Below are positions 13,649 through 26,900 of a stretch of DNA of 64,000 nucleotides, piece by piece. The position numbers were made by a program, and so were the translations under genes. Numbering within the stretch: the stretch's first letter is position 1; every line of letters starts with the position of its first letter. The notes under the pieces are model-generated. The model was given only the letters and a program-made list of their open reading frames with translations, was not told where the DNA came from and did not search any database. Source of the stretch: Lepidodermella squamata (Eukaryota > Animalia > Gastrotricha); contig JBLDXI010000002.1 in the NCBI GenBank assembly GCA_047495785.1, positions 434,001 to 498,000 on the forward strand, in the 5' to 3' direction.

Positions 13649-14182
13649 TTTTTGTTAATTAAAAAGGTTGCTGCGTTAATGATTGAAATTTTAAGAAAGA
13701 CTTTTTTGCATTGAACTTGAAATTTTTGAATCACTTTTCTGAAATTTCAAAATGAAATAATAAGATCCGAACAAAAAATTGATTCCAAAACTGCCGATAT
13801 TGGGAAATCACTGATTTGTAAAATCGATACCGAAAATCGATATCGGATCCTTGGCTGATTAATTATTCGTAGTTTAATGACTGACCGCATGGGGATCTAT
13901 CGGCCTAGGATAAAATACAAAATAAGATTCCTATAATTAGGTTCAGTTTGAAAAATATATTTTTCAAGGAAACATCATGTTGGAGCTCAGGCTGGAGCCT
14001 CAATTTTCACGCTGGAACCTAAATTTTGGATTTTCACTTGGCGCACCCAATCTTCAAATTCCGACATTGTCGAACAATTAGAAATTTCTCTGAATTTTGA
14101 AAAATTAAAGGTGAAAGGATTGGCTTTTGATCTATGCTGCATTATATGCCTATTCCTTTCCTCGAGTCTTGCGTTATGAATT

Positions 14183-15572
14183 ATGAATAAATTTTTGAAA
14201 ATAATCGCCTTACTCCTGGGCTACTTTATCTTAATCTTTATCTGCGCTTTAAAACTGCGAAATCATCCTTTCATCAGTGGGAAAATTCTGCAAGTCCACG
14301 GAACAAGTCCATGGCCTTTCAATCGAAAATTGATCCTATTATGGACAAAAACATCGGACGCCGAAATCTCCGATTTCCGGCGAGCCTTTGACCTATTCGA
14401 CCCGCGGTGCGAAATAACGCAAAATCGACAATTAGCTGCTCATGCTAATCTCATCCTATTCCGACAGCCGGACTTTTTAGACACCCGAGACGTGCCGCTA
14501 ATTAGGCACTCGTGGCAAAATTACGCGTTGTTCATGCATGAATCACCGGCGAATGCGCATTGCCAGGTGGCATTTTACGCGCGGCAAATTCATGGCATAA
14601 ATGAGGCGAAATTCAACTGGACTGTTACTTATAACAAAAAAATAGCCGATGTTTTCATTCCTTACATGTTTGTCCGGCGGGTGAAAGGGTCCAAAACTGG
14701 TACTTCGGAAATTTTGGCGAATATCGATGACTTTGCGAGTGATTTTCATTTGCGGCCTTATGATGCTTGCTGGAGCGTTAGCCATACAGAAACTATTGGA
14801 GGACGGGAGATATTGATCGAAAAACTCGTAGAAAATGGATTGAATATTTTTGTGAGTTTTTCAAAATTTTCAAGCAAACTTTAAATTTTTGAATTTTTTT
14901 AAAAATTTTCGAAATCAAACTTTAGGAATTTCCCAGAAATTTAAAATTCAAAATTTTCAAATTCAAATTAAATTTTCAAAAAAATGCAGTTTACAATTTT
15001 TTCTACTTTTTCAGCAATGTGGTCACAATCCATCTCAAGTCAAATGTCCCTACGACGATGGTGCGGAAACAATGGAAAATTTTTACAAAAAATGCAGATT
15101 TTCGCTGGCCTTTGAAAATTCGTTGTGCGATGACTACGTCACGGAAAAATTTCATTTCGCCCTCGAACGGTCGAGGTCGAGTGGGGCTATTCCTATTGTC
15201 TACGGAGGCGCTAATTATTCTCAATTATTGCCGGGAAAATATTACATTTCCCCCGATAATTTTGGTTCAATCAAAGAATTAGCTGATAAATTGAAATCAT
15301 TTCGCGATCCTGATCGACGGGCGGAAGCTCGAAATATGCTATCATGGCAACTAGATTACGAATCGGTTTTCAACAATTTAGCATTAGCCGTTCCTCTAGG
15401 GCTATGCGAAAGTCTTCATAATAAGGAAAATAAGCCGAAATTCATTCGAGATATCAGTAGTCGGCTTGATGAATGTAGACACCCTAAAGAACAATTTAAA
15501 TTTTTCGCTAATGAAAATATCGATGTGTTTTGCGGAGAAACTTGGCGAAGTCGATTATTGAATCTGTTTTGA
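14183..15572 (+). CDS. Alpha-1,3-fucosyltransferase (GT10) A, 408 aa; exons 14183-14851, 15015-15572
   Basis: Type II membrane anchor; motifs LILLWT, HESP, FNWTVTY...AD, and the GT10 motif FSLAFENSLCDDYVTEK followed by IPIVYG. Confidence 0.93.
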
Positions 15573-15839
15573 GCAATTTTTAATAAAAATACAGAAAATA
15601 TTACCATTTCAATTTTTCCAATTTTTTGTGATTTTTAATTCAATTTTTTATTCCGTGAGATTTCCGGAACAATTGAAATTGAAATTGCTTAATTGAAATT
15701 GATTTTATTAATTTTCTGGGTCACACTCGTGACCTTTTACGGCTCACGAATTGATTGCGCAATGAGCGTACCAGTCAATCCTGTCTTTCACACTTAATTA
15801 TAATCGCCTCATGTGCTTAAGCAATTTTCGAGTTCAAAA

Positions 15840-17148
15840 ATGTTTCTTCACTTTAATTACCTACTCATACTATCATTTTCACCACTGGCCGGTTATTTTC
15901 TGCGCTCATCGGCGCGTCTCGCCGAACTAGGTCAAATTTTTGCGAATATCAATTTGCACGACTCATTACCACCGTTACGCGTTTTCAAGACTTTCACGCC
16001 AACCCGGTCGAATTTCATTATTTCAAGCCCTAAAATATCTCGAAAACCAGCAGACTCAGTCGACTGTATCATCTTACTGTGGACATCCTGGTTCGGGGTA
16101 CCGCTCTGGAGCAATTTTTTCGACCCTTCTAGCAATATCTCCGCCCATTCAATCGCAAACAATTGCGTCATATCTCGCGATCGTCATTTTATCGACCGGG
16201 CCAATGTTGTAATTTTCCATCAGGCTGATATAAATTATGATGATTTACCAACAATTCGATATTCATGGCAACGCTGGGCCTTTATCATGCTCGAATCGCC
16301 TATTAATGCTCGGATTAATTTTGGGTTTTACCCGGAAAATGTTCGGACAATAAATTCGTTGGCATTCAACTGGACAATTAGCTATTCGAGGAAAGCTGAT
16401 ATTTATTGGCCATATGGACGAATTATATCGAAGAGGTCGAAATTGAAAAATCCTGAAATTACTGAAAAAATAATCGAATTTTCGGAAAAATTTCATATAA
16501 GAAAATACGACGCATGTTGGGTATCAAGCCATTGCCCGACCCAATCGAAACGAGAGGAAATTGTTAACAAATTATCAAAGTTGGGCGTTTCGATAGCGGT
16601 AAGACTTTAAACCCTTGAAAAAATATTTAAAAAATTTAAAAAAATTCAATTTAATTTAGAAATGCGGTGGCTGCTCGGAAAATGGCACTAAAACTTGCCC
16701 ACGAGGCGATTTCAATTTTTATAAAAATTGCCGATTTATTTTGGCGTTTGAAAATTCTTTATGCGAAGACTACGTCTCGGAGAAATTTTTTCAAGCTCTC
16801 GAAATCACAAAAACGACTGGCTCGATTCCAGTCGTATACGGATCTGCAAATTACGAATCAATTTTGTCGCCTGAATATTATATTAATGGCGGAAATTTCG
16901 GTAATTTATCTGATTTAGCCGATTATTTGATTGGGTTTCGACTCCCACGAATGAAGCGAGTCGAAAAGATGCTGTCGTGGCAATATTTCTATGAAGTTTC
17001 TGTGGACAACTGGAAATACTGGGCGTTTCGCGATATTTGTGATCGAATCAGCCGATGTAATGAAAATCCATCAAGTGATTGTGATGAAAAAATTCATCGG
17101 GATGTGACTGAATCTATGGGGAAATGTTTCGAATCTGAAATTGATTGA
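15840..17148 (+). CDS. Alpha-1,3-fucosyltransferase (GT10) B, 415 aa; exons 15840-16598, 16660-17148
   Basis: Motifs IILLWT.WFG, LESP, FNWTISYSRKAD and FILAFENSLCEDYVSEK. Same intron position as paralog A. Confidence 0.93.
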
Positions 17149-17209
17149 TCTTTTGCAATAAGAAACGAAAGCAAAATCGAAGTAAGCGTTCGATTTCAAA
17201 CGTCGTAAC

Positions 17210-17666
17210 TCAAAGAGTTACTTTGGAGTAACCTGTCAGTTTTTATACCAAAATAAACTTCAGAAAATTTCCTTTAAAATGAATATAGAGTTGTCGTTCG
17301 AAATTACTAACAGGGAAAAGTTCACGCGCAAACTAAGATGTGAGATGATTGTGCGCGTGAGAAATTGCGATGATGTCAAAGGGCTACTTTCGAATAATAT
17401 GTCGGTTTCTATACCAAATTGAACCTCAGACGATTTCCTTTCGATTGATTATAATTTTGCTGTTCGAAATATTTGATGGGAATTTTGTTGCGCATTGCGC
17501 GCGCGCGCGCATTATCGTCTTACATTATCGGTGTGCGCATGACATTTCCCCCTATTAATTGTTTCAATCCTCAACCCTTCATTCAATTGAAAGGGAATTT
17601 TCCGAAGTTCATTTTGGTATAAAAACCGACAGATTATTTGAAAGTTGCCCTTTGACATCATCGCAA
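17210..17666. mobile_element. Foldback/MITE family copy (full palindromic copy 17365-17666 plus an extra half-arm at 17210-17335)
   Basis: Termini TTGCGATGATGTCAAAGGGC and GCCCTTTGACATCATCGCAA with long imperfect arms. Homologous to 31146-31435. Confidence 0.75.
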
Positions 17667-18399
17667 AACGCGAATCTAAAAAATGTAACACCTTATGTCA
17701 AGCAATCAAGTTGAAGTGTTAGACATATAATAACAAGGGTCATAGTCGACATTTGAGACAAAAGTACCATGAATTGAATTTGCTACCTTTCCTATAGGAG
17801 CGTCTGATTTTACTCTTCGCCTGTCAATTCGGAAATTGGCGACTATAAGTCCAAATCCGGTATTTTAAGCAGCGCTAAAAATATGTCTAGCAAATCAAGA
17901 TCGAGGACGCAGACACTCTGGATCTTTACCGCACCTTCAAGATGCCTAGCCTAGACTTTGTCGGAAACCAAAGGATATTCACCTGCGCCTTAATTAGCTT
18001 CCTGCATCGATAAATCACGTCCCGCTACATCGGACGCGCGGCGTGACGGCAAAATCAGCTGGCTAATAACAAATCAATAACACCGCTGCCGCTTAGTGAC
18101 ATGCTAAAAAACATGACGCGCGCGAGGATGAGCAGAAAAAGATAACGCTAATATTCAAAATCCCGAGAGGCGGCGCGCGGCGTTGAAAAATCTCTCGCAC
18201 TCAGGTAGATTATAACGCTTGCTAGTGAAAGTGCGCAACGATTAGCGGCGCAGTAAATATATACTTTTTAGGGAGATCGATCGCTCAAGTTTCCTATAAT
18301 CACAACACCGCATGCCTATGACACGGTAAATTCGATTATCAAACACGCGATACGGCTAATTACCGAGTATAGACTGTCAAAATTTTGTCGAAAAGCGAT

Positions 18400-21300
18400 A
18401 TGGCTAAGCAGAAGACAAGTGCCATTGCTGCTGCTTCTTCTTTAGTTTCCGTTAACAAGTCGTCATCATCTCTAGTTACCAGGCGTCCGCCAAGTAAGGT
18501 CGCTAACAGCGGGATGACACGAAAAAGCGTCGTCAAGTCGAATGGAGCCCGAAGAACGACAGGCGCAGCTATTTTGATGGTTCACTCAGTTACTACGTCT
18601 ATACCGGCAGTTATGAATGCGAATAGAATATTTTCGACCGGATATTCGGGTTTGGATATTATGCCGCAAAACAGTTCAAGTTCTTCCGAATTGGCCCTCA
18701 TCGCAGTCAAGGTGAGCTATTTGGATTCTTCCCAACCTCGCTTTCCCAGCAGAAATATAGGTCAAATTACTTGAACAAGATGTGGCCACAAGCATGAAAG
18801 AATGCTTAATTTTCAAAACGATCATAGAGCAAAGATTCTGAGGTTTCGAACTTTAGGATTTTCCTTTGAGAATTTTGAATTTTGAACCGATCTGCCCATA
18901 TAGGCCACTATCTGAAAGTATTTCTTGGCAAAAATAGGTCAAATTTCAGCGATTTTTGAGTTGTGATTTGCGAGGACGCGCACTATAGCGCTTCACTATT
19001 GCCCCCGGTGACCTATTTAACTTTAGAAGGTTCCCCAGATTTTTCGAAGTAAGGCTTTCGAGGTTTTGAACAGAATATCGGCTTTTCAAGTTTGAAATTG
19101 AACCTTAGTTCCAATACATTGGCCCGTGGACCAATGAAATTACTTATATACAACTCAAATCGAAGCATTTTCACCAATTTGAACTCAACTATGGCGTTAA
19201 ACAACTTTTCTAATCGAAATGGATACCATTCCATAGTTCCTAATTCATCAGATCAAGAACTGACCAATTTACTTCTATTTTATTCATTTTACTTGGCCAT
19301 AGCTCAAGTAGAGTAGCTTTGGGTTAAATCGGACTCGAACTGCGGCTCCAACTCAACGATAATCCTCAAATCGTACTAGTTCCATTGAATTTCGAAAACT
19401 TTCAAAAAACCATAAAATTCGCTTTAAATTGTGTCCTTGCGTCATCGAAACAATCAATGATGTCAACACCAAAGCTGAACTCCAAGCGAAACTCGATATT
19501 TTCCCATCAAAACAGTAAATAGATAGAGATGGCGGATTTCATTAGCTTATCGCCTAATCCTGACTCCTGAAGCCGCTCTAAGTCGCGGAGAGGTGAATTT
19601 CCTAATTACCATCATTAAAAGCTCATCGAAATTCCCTGGACGTAATATTGAGGACTGTTCACTTCTGATGAGCCAAGTCTGATAGCATTCTTAAGCTAAT
19701 TAGAATTTTCTTACGTGAATCCCCAGGGCTCGATTTCGAATCTTTTGATCGATCGTATAGGATATTGGAAAGCAATTAGTTTTAACCCGTTTCCTTTTTC
19801 CATTTTCCAGGCGAAAGCTGACGATGAAGATGACAAATCAGGCGTGATAATGCTTCTCATGTTCTTCGCCATTGCCACCATAGTCGGAAATGCAACCCTT
19901 CTGCTGTGCATCGCCGCCGAAAAAGCCTTCCGAACTTCGACAAACAACTTTGTCGCATCCCTCACAGTCGCCAGTCTGTTAATAGGACTCGTCATAATGC
20001 CACTGGCAATCTACCGCAACTTGATGAGCAGCCAAATGTCTTCCATGAGCCTAACTTCATCATTCATCGCCTGTGAAGTTTGGCTCTTCTGCCATTTCAC
20101 AGCAACTACCGTTATCCTATTCAACATAGTCAGCATTTGCTTTGTACGGTACCTAGCCATTGCCCACCCGATTTTCTACTCGAGAGGGCATCATACAAAG
20201 CTATGTATCTGGGCGCCGGTTGTAATATGGCCAATCGCGATTCTAGCTTCAACCCCTCGGTTAATTTTGATATTGATCCGGCCTGATCAGCAGTTTATTA
20301 AGGGGGCGTACAATAGGGTGTGCACAGCCGGGTCGCCAATCGACCTAGCGCCTTACTACGTCCCAATATCGGCATTCCTATTCCTGGCCGGTAATTTGTC
20401 GGCTCTAGTAATTTTACTGCTAGTAAGACGGGCTTTGATGAAAAGAGCTGCTGAGGTTATTGAAAGGCGGTATTCAATGGTCCCGCAATCTTGCGGCTCA
20501 GTAGACTTCGAACACGCCGCGACACAAGCTGCTGCAATTTCGGCCCTCCAAGCTTTATCCCGGTTACCGAGCGGCGGCAAGTGTAGCAGTATCAACGAGA
20601 ATGAAATCGCGTCAAGCTTCGGCGACGGGAACCTCCCGAACGGTACTAGGACTGCCAATAGTTCCTACGACTCCTTAACCAACCCGGATGCCCAGGCGAA
20701 ACGGCGCAAGTGGGCTGTTGCATCTACGAGGCGGAAAATGTTGGAAAATGCGGTGAAAGTCGGCGCGGTGCCGCAGACAATTATACCGCCGAGTCATTTA
20801 CAGCGGCATTCTGACGGCAGTGTTGGGCTGGATACGATAATGTCAGCAAGCCATAACCCGTCTACTTTGACTGTTAATGCTGAGGAATCTGAGGAAGAGA
20901 TTCAAATCAAACTGCGAATGGACCAAGTTCTTCTGAGTACCTCAGGTAAATCTTATGAAAAAATCTAGACTTCATATTCAGACTCCTTTTTTTGGTTTTT
21001 TCAAAATTTTCAAAAAATGTGTAGGATCCGCAATGGATCCTTAAGTTTTTCTAAAATAGCAAGAAATTAGCAAAATTTAATTTCTTATTTTATTTGAATT
21101 TTTAGGGCATAGGCGTCTAAAACCGTCAAACTCGCCTAGTTTCTGCGCCGACTCTTATTTTTAGCTATTTATTCGATCTATTTTTATAAATAGTCCGGTG
21201 AAAATATGTCTTTCATAAGCAAGAGACTACTATCGGTGACATTTTGTATGATTGGCAATTACTGATTAACCTCATTTTCCATTAAAATTTGCTCTTTGCG

Positions 21301-22706
21301 ATTTGACAGTACGGTATTTGATTTTTCCTAATTTGCTGATTGCATTTCGATGAACAAATAGCAATATCTTGATTATAAGCTACACCATTAGAATGATATC
21401 AGTCAAACTTGTAGCTCTAAAGTTAACCAATCGCATTGAAATGTAAGACGGTATAATTTCTCTAATTTCGGTAATTGCACCCCGAGCTTCTATCGTGAAA
21501 CTAAAATTAACCCTGTATTATTGTTCAAATAATATTGATTTCGCCTGTCCAGGAAAACCGGATACATGCAAGAGCTTGGATCACCTAGCCGTTATGGCTA
21601 CAATTATCATGCCTGTCCCGAGCGAAACAACGGAACTAGTCATCGAAGAACCAAGCCCTACTCAATCGCAGAAAAGTTCCCTGCAAGACCCAACCACGCC
21701 TTCAACGGAACGCCGCCCGCCGCCGCTACGCTCGCCAACAGCTCCGTGTGAAGTCTCACCCCAGCAGTACAACAGAGATCGGCGAGGCTCGAAGCCGAAT
21801 TGTTGTGCTAGCGCTGCCCAAAAGGCGCAAAACTTCAAAAAGGAGCGTAGGGTGTCGACCAGTGACGAATTAGGCGCTGGGCTAATGATCCACAGGCCTA
21901 AATCAGCTTCAATCTACAGCCAGCGTGGTGGCCGGCCGGGTAAGCAGTCGTCGAAAGATACCGAGAAATCGTCGATGGATCAAAGGGACTCGAACGAATT
22001 AGGACCACCAAATACCGTTCAGCAGATAAAGAACGCATCTTCCGCAATGAGTATCCTAATCTTCGAGCAAATGATGGGGGATGAGGTGGCAAAGCATATT
22101 GCGAATGGCAGGCGGGGAACGGTGGGTCAGGAGAGTAACGGCAGTTCATCTCGAAATCGGACTAGCTCCTGGGAAACAAAGCAACGTAGCCGAAGTTTGG
22201 TAGCTAACGCGAGAGCTTCCGCAGCTGAATCTACGGCTATGTCAAGCTCGAACAGCACCATCGCCAACACAAGTGGCTACAACTGCAGTAGGGGCAGGCG
22301 GTGTAGCTACCGAAGTTACCGTAGCGGGATTTCAAGCCGCGGCAATCTATCATTTGCTAACGTTTCTATGGCAATTGACGGGATAGTCGAAGGTTTCCTC
22401 TCCGATGGGGTGAAAGCTACAGCCACCTTAATTATGCTCGTCCTACTCTTCAGCATATGCGGCCTGCCGTCGGTTGTAGTCGAAATGGCGAACTTTGTGT
22501 GTTTGTACGTCACGCCGGCGACTGGAGGCCGGTCATGCGTGTCGGATTCGGTACTGCATGTGGCTATGTGGATGTCTTTTGTCTACAACGCGCTGAATCC
22601 ACTGGTCTACTTCTCTTGCAATCACCAACTTCGGGCAACACTTTGCCGCTGCTTCTTTAAGCCTTCGCTTCAGTTAAGGAAGGCGTTCGCTGCAGCTCCG
22701 GCCTGA
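18400..22706 (+). CDS. Class A (aminergic-like) orphan GPCR with very long third intracellular loop, ~866 aa; exons 18400-18711, 19811-20945, 21553-22706
   Basis: TM1 GN, TNNFVASL, CEVW, VRYLAI.HP..Y, TM4 WP..ILAS.P, TM6 CGLP and TM7 NPLVY plus helix 8. Splice sites keep the frame. The exact start ATG in exon 1 is uncertain. Confidence 0.85.
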
Positions 22707-23999
22707 TTCCCTAAAAGCGACAATCAAACTTCGATGGTCCGATTTTCCCAAGTCCCAAAAGAGAGTCAAATAAATTAAATTTTTCGACGTGTTCTCCATT
22801 TCATATTAAACTTGCCCAAATATTTCAATCAATTCTAAGGAATTTTAAGTGGCTTTTGACATCGAATCTTGAGATCGAGTAATGAAGTGTCCACTGATTT
22901 GTAGCAGCTGTCTGCATGTCACGATTCCAGCCGGCTGATGTCATCTATTTATAGCGTGTCGAGCAAATGAGAGAGGATACGGAAATTTAGGACATCCGGA
23001 CGCGGTTTGTGGCTGAGGCAGGATATTGATAAGATGAAAGCAAGCATGCGCTACATGATATTCCGAGGTATGACGAAACTCACCACGTCCAGGTTTATCC
23101 CATTATATCCGAACGGGATACTGAGTTCAGCTCATACTGATCGTTGAATTACCGTATTTACCGAATTAAACAGCAAGACGATCAAAGTACTGCTATACCT
23201 CGAGGTTTCGGCGACAATACACAATACAGCAACTGCGCAGAACAGCGAATGCGACAAAACAGCAAATTGCATATTTCGCGAGACAGCAGCGAAAACTTAC
23301 TATGTAAAAGATGCATCGTGTTTCTGCTGTTATGTCGCAATTTGCTGTTTTTCGCGTTTGCTGTTATGAAGTGCTGCCGATTCAGGTTCAAGGTAGGAAT
23401 CTCGAGACTTGGCAGCTTCAGGGGACTTTTTCTGATTTCACCCATTTTTTCTTCTCAAGTTGTTTACATCGACCAAGGCTTTTCATTCCCTGCTGGTTTT
23501 AATTAGAATTTTTCGCGCCCAGACGTCACCCTCGAAGGTGTGAATGACTATTGTGCCAAAAAATCGTAAGCACTCAAAAAAAGCAATTAAATCCGGTCAT
23601 TGATTGAAATGATTCTGCTGGAAGAAAATGGCTGTGAGCGGGCATAGTAATCTTATCATCAATCATCTTTCAGTGCGTTTCCTAGCGATGGTTGGGGCGG
23701 TGTTTTTTGCCGAACGGGCCATTGATAACACACCGCTCGCCATTACTTGAGTTCATCGCTATTCACGAGCGGATGACGAGCGTTGGGCCTGAAATAAATT
23801 GTACAGCTTGCTAAATTTTACAGCTTTGAGGAGGCAATCCAAACTGTCGGAGCGGATGACAATAAATCATAATAAAACTGTTTAAAAAGTAAGTAGAAGC
23901 CACTCGTGTCAACTGCCTCGGTCTATTATCAATAATTTTTCTTATTAAAAGGTTTTATTTTCATACTACCAGCGATCACGAGGCCATCAATAAAGAGCC

Positions 24000-26900
24000 A
24001 TGTATTACGTTGAGCAGAACATTAAACTGTTCATCGCTTATGAAGGTATAAAGTGTTCTTTTCAGTTTTGTTCCGCTTTATATCGCAAAAAATTCCGCAT
24101 TTTTGCAATAACTAATACATTTGAGCGACATGAAATTGCGCGTTTTGTACGCAGACCGGCCTCTGACCATACTCGAGTTCCCACTCAATGTGACCGTCCA
24201 AGAAGCCCTCAATCAAATTGCGATCGTTCTAGATATCACCGATAGAGATGATCACGATCGAGGTACGTTCTACTTTGCCATAATTGAGGTCATAGTTATA
24301 AAAAAATGTTGCAACATGTAAAATGAAGACATTATTTGATTTAAGTCACCATTGTCCCACTTTTATTTTTTGTATTTTTTTGAAATTTTATTATGCTGTG
24401 AGTGAAAATGTATTTTCCAACAAGTATATAAATTTACATTTTTGCATGTATCTTGCTTAGTGCTTCGACTGAAATTCGGCCGAACTGAGCTGAGAAGCGA
24501 TTGGTTTCTTTACGATTGTTGCTTGCCTCTCGGAGCTACTGTTCGAGCTGTTTACGTCGAGGAAAATAAACCAGCCTTCTATGTACAAGTCCCTGTTTTG
24601 TAAGAATCCTTTGCAAAATTTAAATGTTAATAATTTATTGATTTAATCAGTAATGAGATAATTCCTATACCGAGTCAAGTTTCATCCTCCTTCACAACCG
24701 TTGCCAAGTTGCGGTCGATGGTCTCGGCCGAAACTGGGCTGCCAGTCAGCATGTTTCGGATGATGCGGGGCGATAAAACAGTCATGTACGACAATGTAAG
24801 AATTAGGCTAAAAACTTATATTTAGCCGCAATTTTTCGAATTTAGCAATCCCTTTCGTACTACGACATCAAGTTGGAAGATACAGTTGTCGCTGAAACTT
24901 GGAAAGGCTGGGACGAATTTCTCATAGCGGCTCGGCATGGGTTTGCCGATTCTCTTATCCAACTAGTTGAGGCAAGTTCTGCGTGATTTTTCGGATTTTT
25001 CGTGAATTTTAACTTATTTTAGGAGGACACTTCCCCTATAGGGACATTCCGAGCCAAGGTCGCGTTGTACATGGCAGCTCACTATGGGCACGTCGAACTG
25101 GCCTCGGACCTCATGAAAGTAGGTTATCCTTCATGGGAACCCATCGGCGAGCACCCGTTCCGTCAGTGGTGCATAACCGACAAACTGAACCCACCTCATC
25201 CCGACCTATTCAAATGCCCTGTCCACGTGGCAAGCGACCGGGGGCAACTCGGCATTCTACGAGTCATAGTCGCCTCGGATCCATCCGCCCTTGCCTGTAA
25301 ATACGTTGATATCAGCAATACAACGACGTTGCCACTTGGTCTTTGCCTGAGGAAGAAACACAAAAAGTGCTCACTGTTCATTATTGCGAAAGCTTGGAGT
25401 AAGGTGCCTTTCGGTAATGCTATGATCACTTTGAGAACGATTCTGAACATGCGAAAATGGGCCCATCGAGCTAGAACGACTGTCTACTTATGCCAAGGTA
25501 AATTTTGAATTCTCAGTGAAAAATCGACATTTTCCCCTTTTGTAGGAACTATGAAATCTTCCTTGAAGCGCCGCCCATCTCAATGGGCTCCGCTTTTGAA
25601 TGAAGGCTTCTCGATAGACATGCCGAAAACAACCGTCCTGGACCTAACGCCTCCACTGCTCGTTTCCAACAATCCTAAATACGAATCTCTACCGCCGATA
25701 ACCCTACCTAAATTTCATCACTTCCACGGCAAAATGCATCATGAGGAAAGCAGGCGAAGTTCCTTAGTTTCGAACATGTCCTTCGACGTATCTGTGGTTA
25801 CTGGTTTGAACAATTCTGAGTTGAACTGCGCGGAAAGCAATTCTGCAGTTTATTCGCCGAAACAAAGCCAGAGTAAGGCTGATTCGAAAAATTGGCGCCA
25901 GGCCAAAAACGCGCCAGTCGCAGTTGTCACCCGGCCTATGGTAGCTATTGTTGAGGAGGAGCATGAAGACGTAACGAAGAACGAGGCGATTTCCCATCAG
26001 AACCAGTCAATCCTCGTAACAACCGCAAGAAAAGACTCCGTGACATCAATCACTGTCGGAAAACCGAAGAAGCAAAGGTCGAAAACTACTGTAACTCTTC
26101 CGAACTCGTCCGAAGGCCAGAAACCTCCGGCAGAAGACGGCGTTGAAGTAAAACCTCTTGATCTTGAGGTTCTTCAAAGTGAGAAGGCCTTCACGCTATC
26201 AAAAGCGAAAAGGAAACGGCCATTGGTCAAGTTGCTATCTGCTAAGATGATCGAAGGAGTTATGGCTGAAGCTGCTGAGATGCCTAGGACGGGAAGTTCT
26301 GGAGTTTCAGCTGATGGTGATAACCCTAGTGGTCTTCTAAGTCGAAGGAGCAATTACTCATCCGAGGATCTAAGACCCGCCGACCCATCCGAGGGCAGTT
26401 TTTCGAGTCGGTTGAGCAAACTCAAGAGGACAAGGTCATATTTCACGAGATTCCCACCATCGGCTGTTATGCCGCTATTGGGTGTTCAAGAAAAAGCTCC
26501 GCCGAAAACTACATTTAAAGAGCCGGTGGTTGAGATTGAAGATGAAGAGAAGGAAGGATCGGGTCCTCCGGATACAGCGAACAGCGATTTCGAGGGGTAC
26601 AAATCATTGAAATCTGAGCAAAGCGATGTAAGTTTAACTTTAACCTATTTTAAAATGCTGGACCGTTTGGGGGGTTCCCCATTTTAAAAATGTCACCACC
26701 CTTCCGCTCCTGGGGAACTGAACATTGAGTGATTCGTGTCTGATTTTGTGCTGAATTTTTATGGACAGGAACCTTTATCTTTAAACGTATTTCCGCAAGA
26801 AAACAGCGAAACATCATATCCATGGATTCAAGAGTATTATAAAAATGAAAATACATACTCAAATTCACTATTGAGAATTCATAAGAAACATGTATGACTG

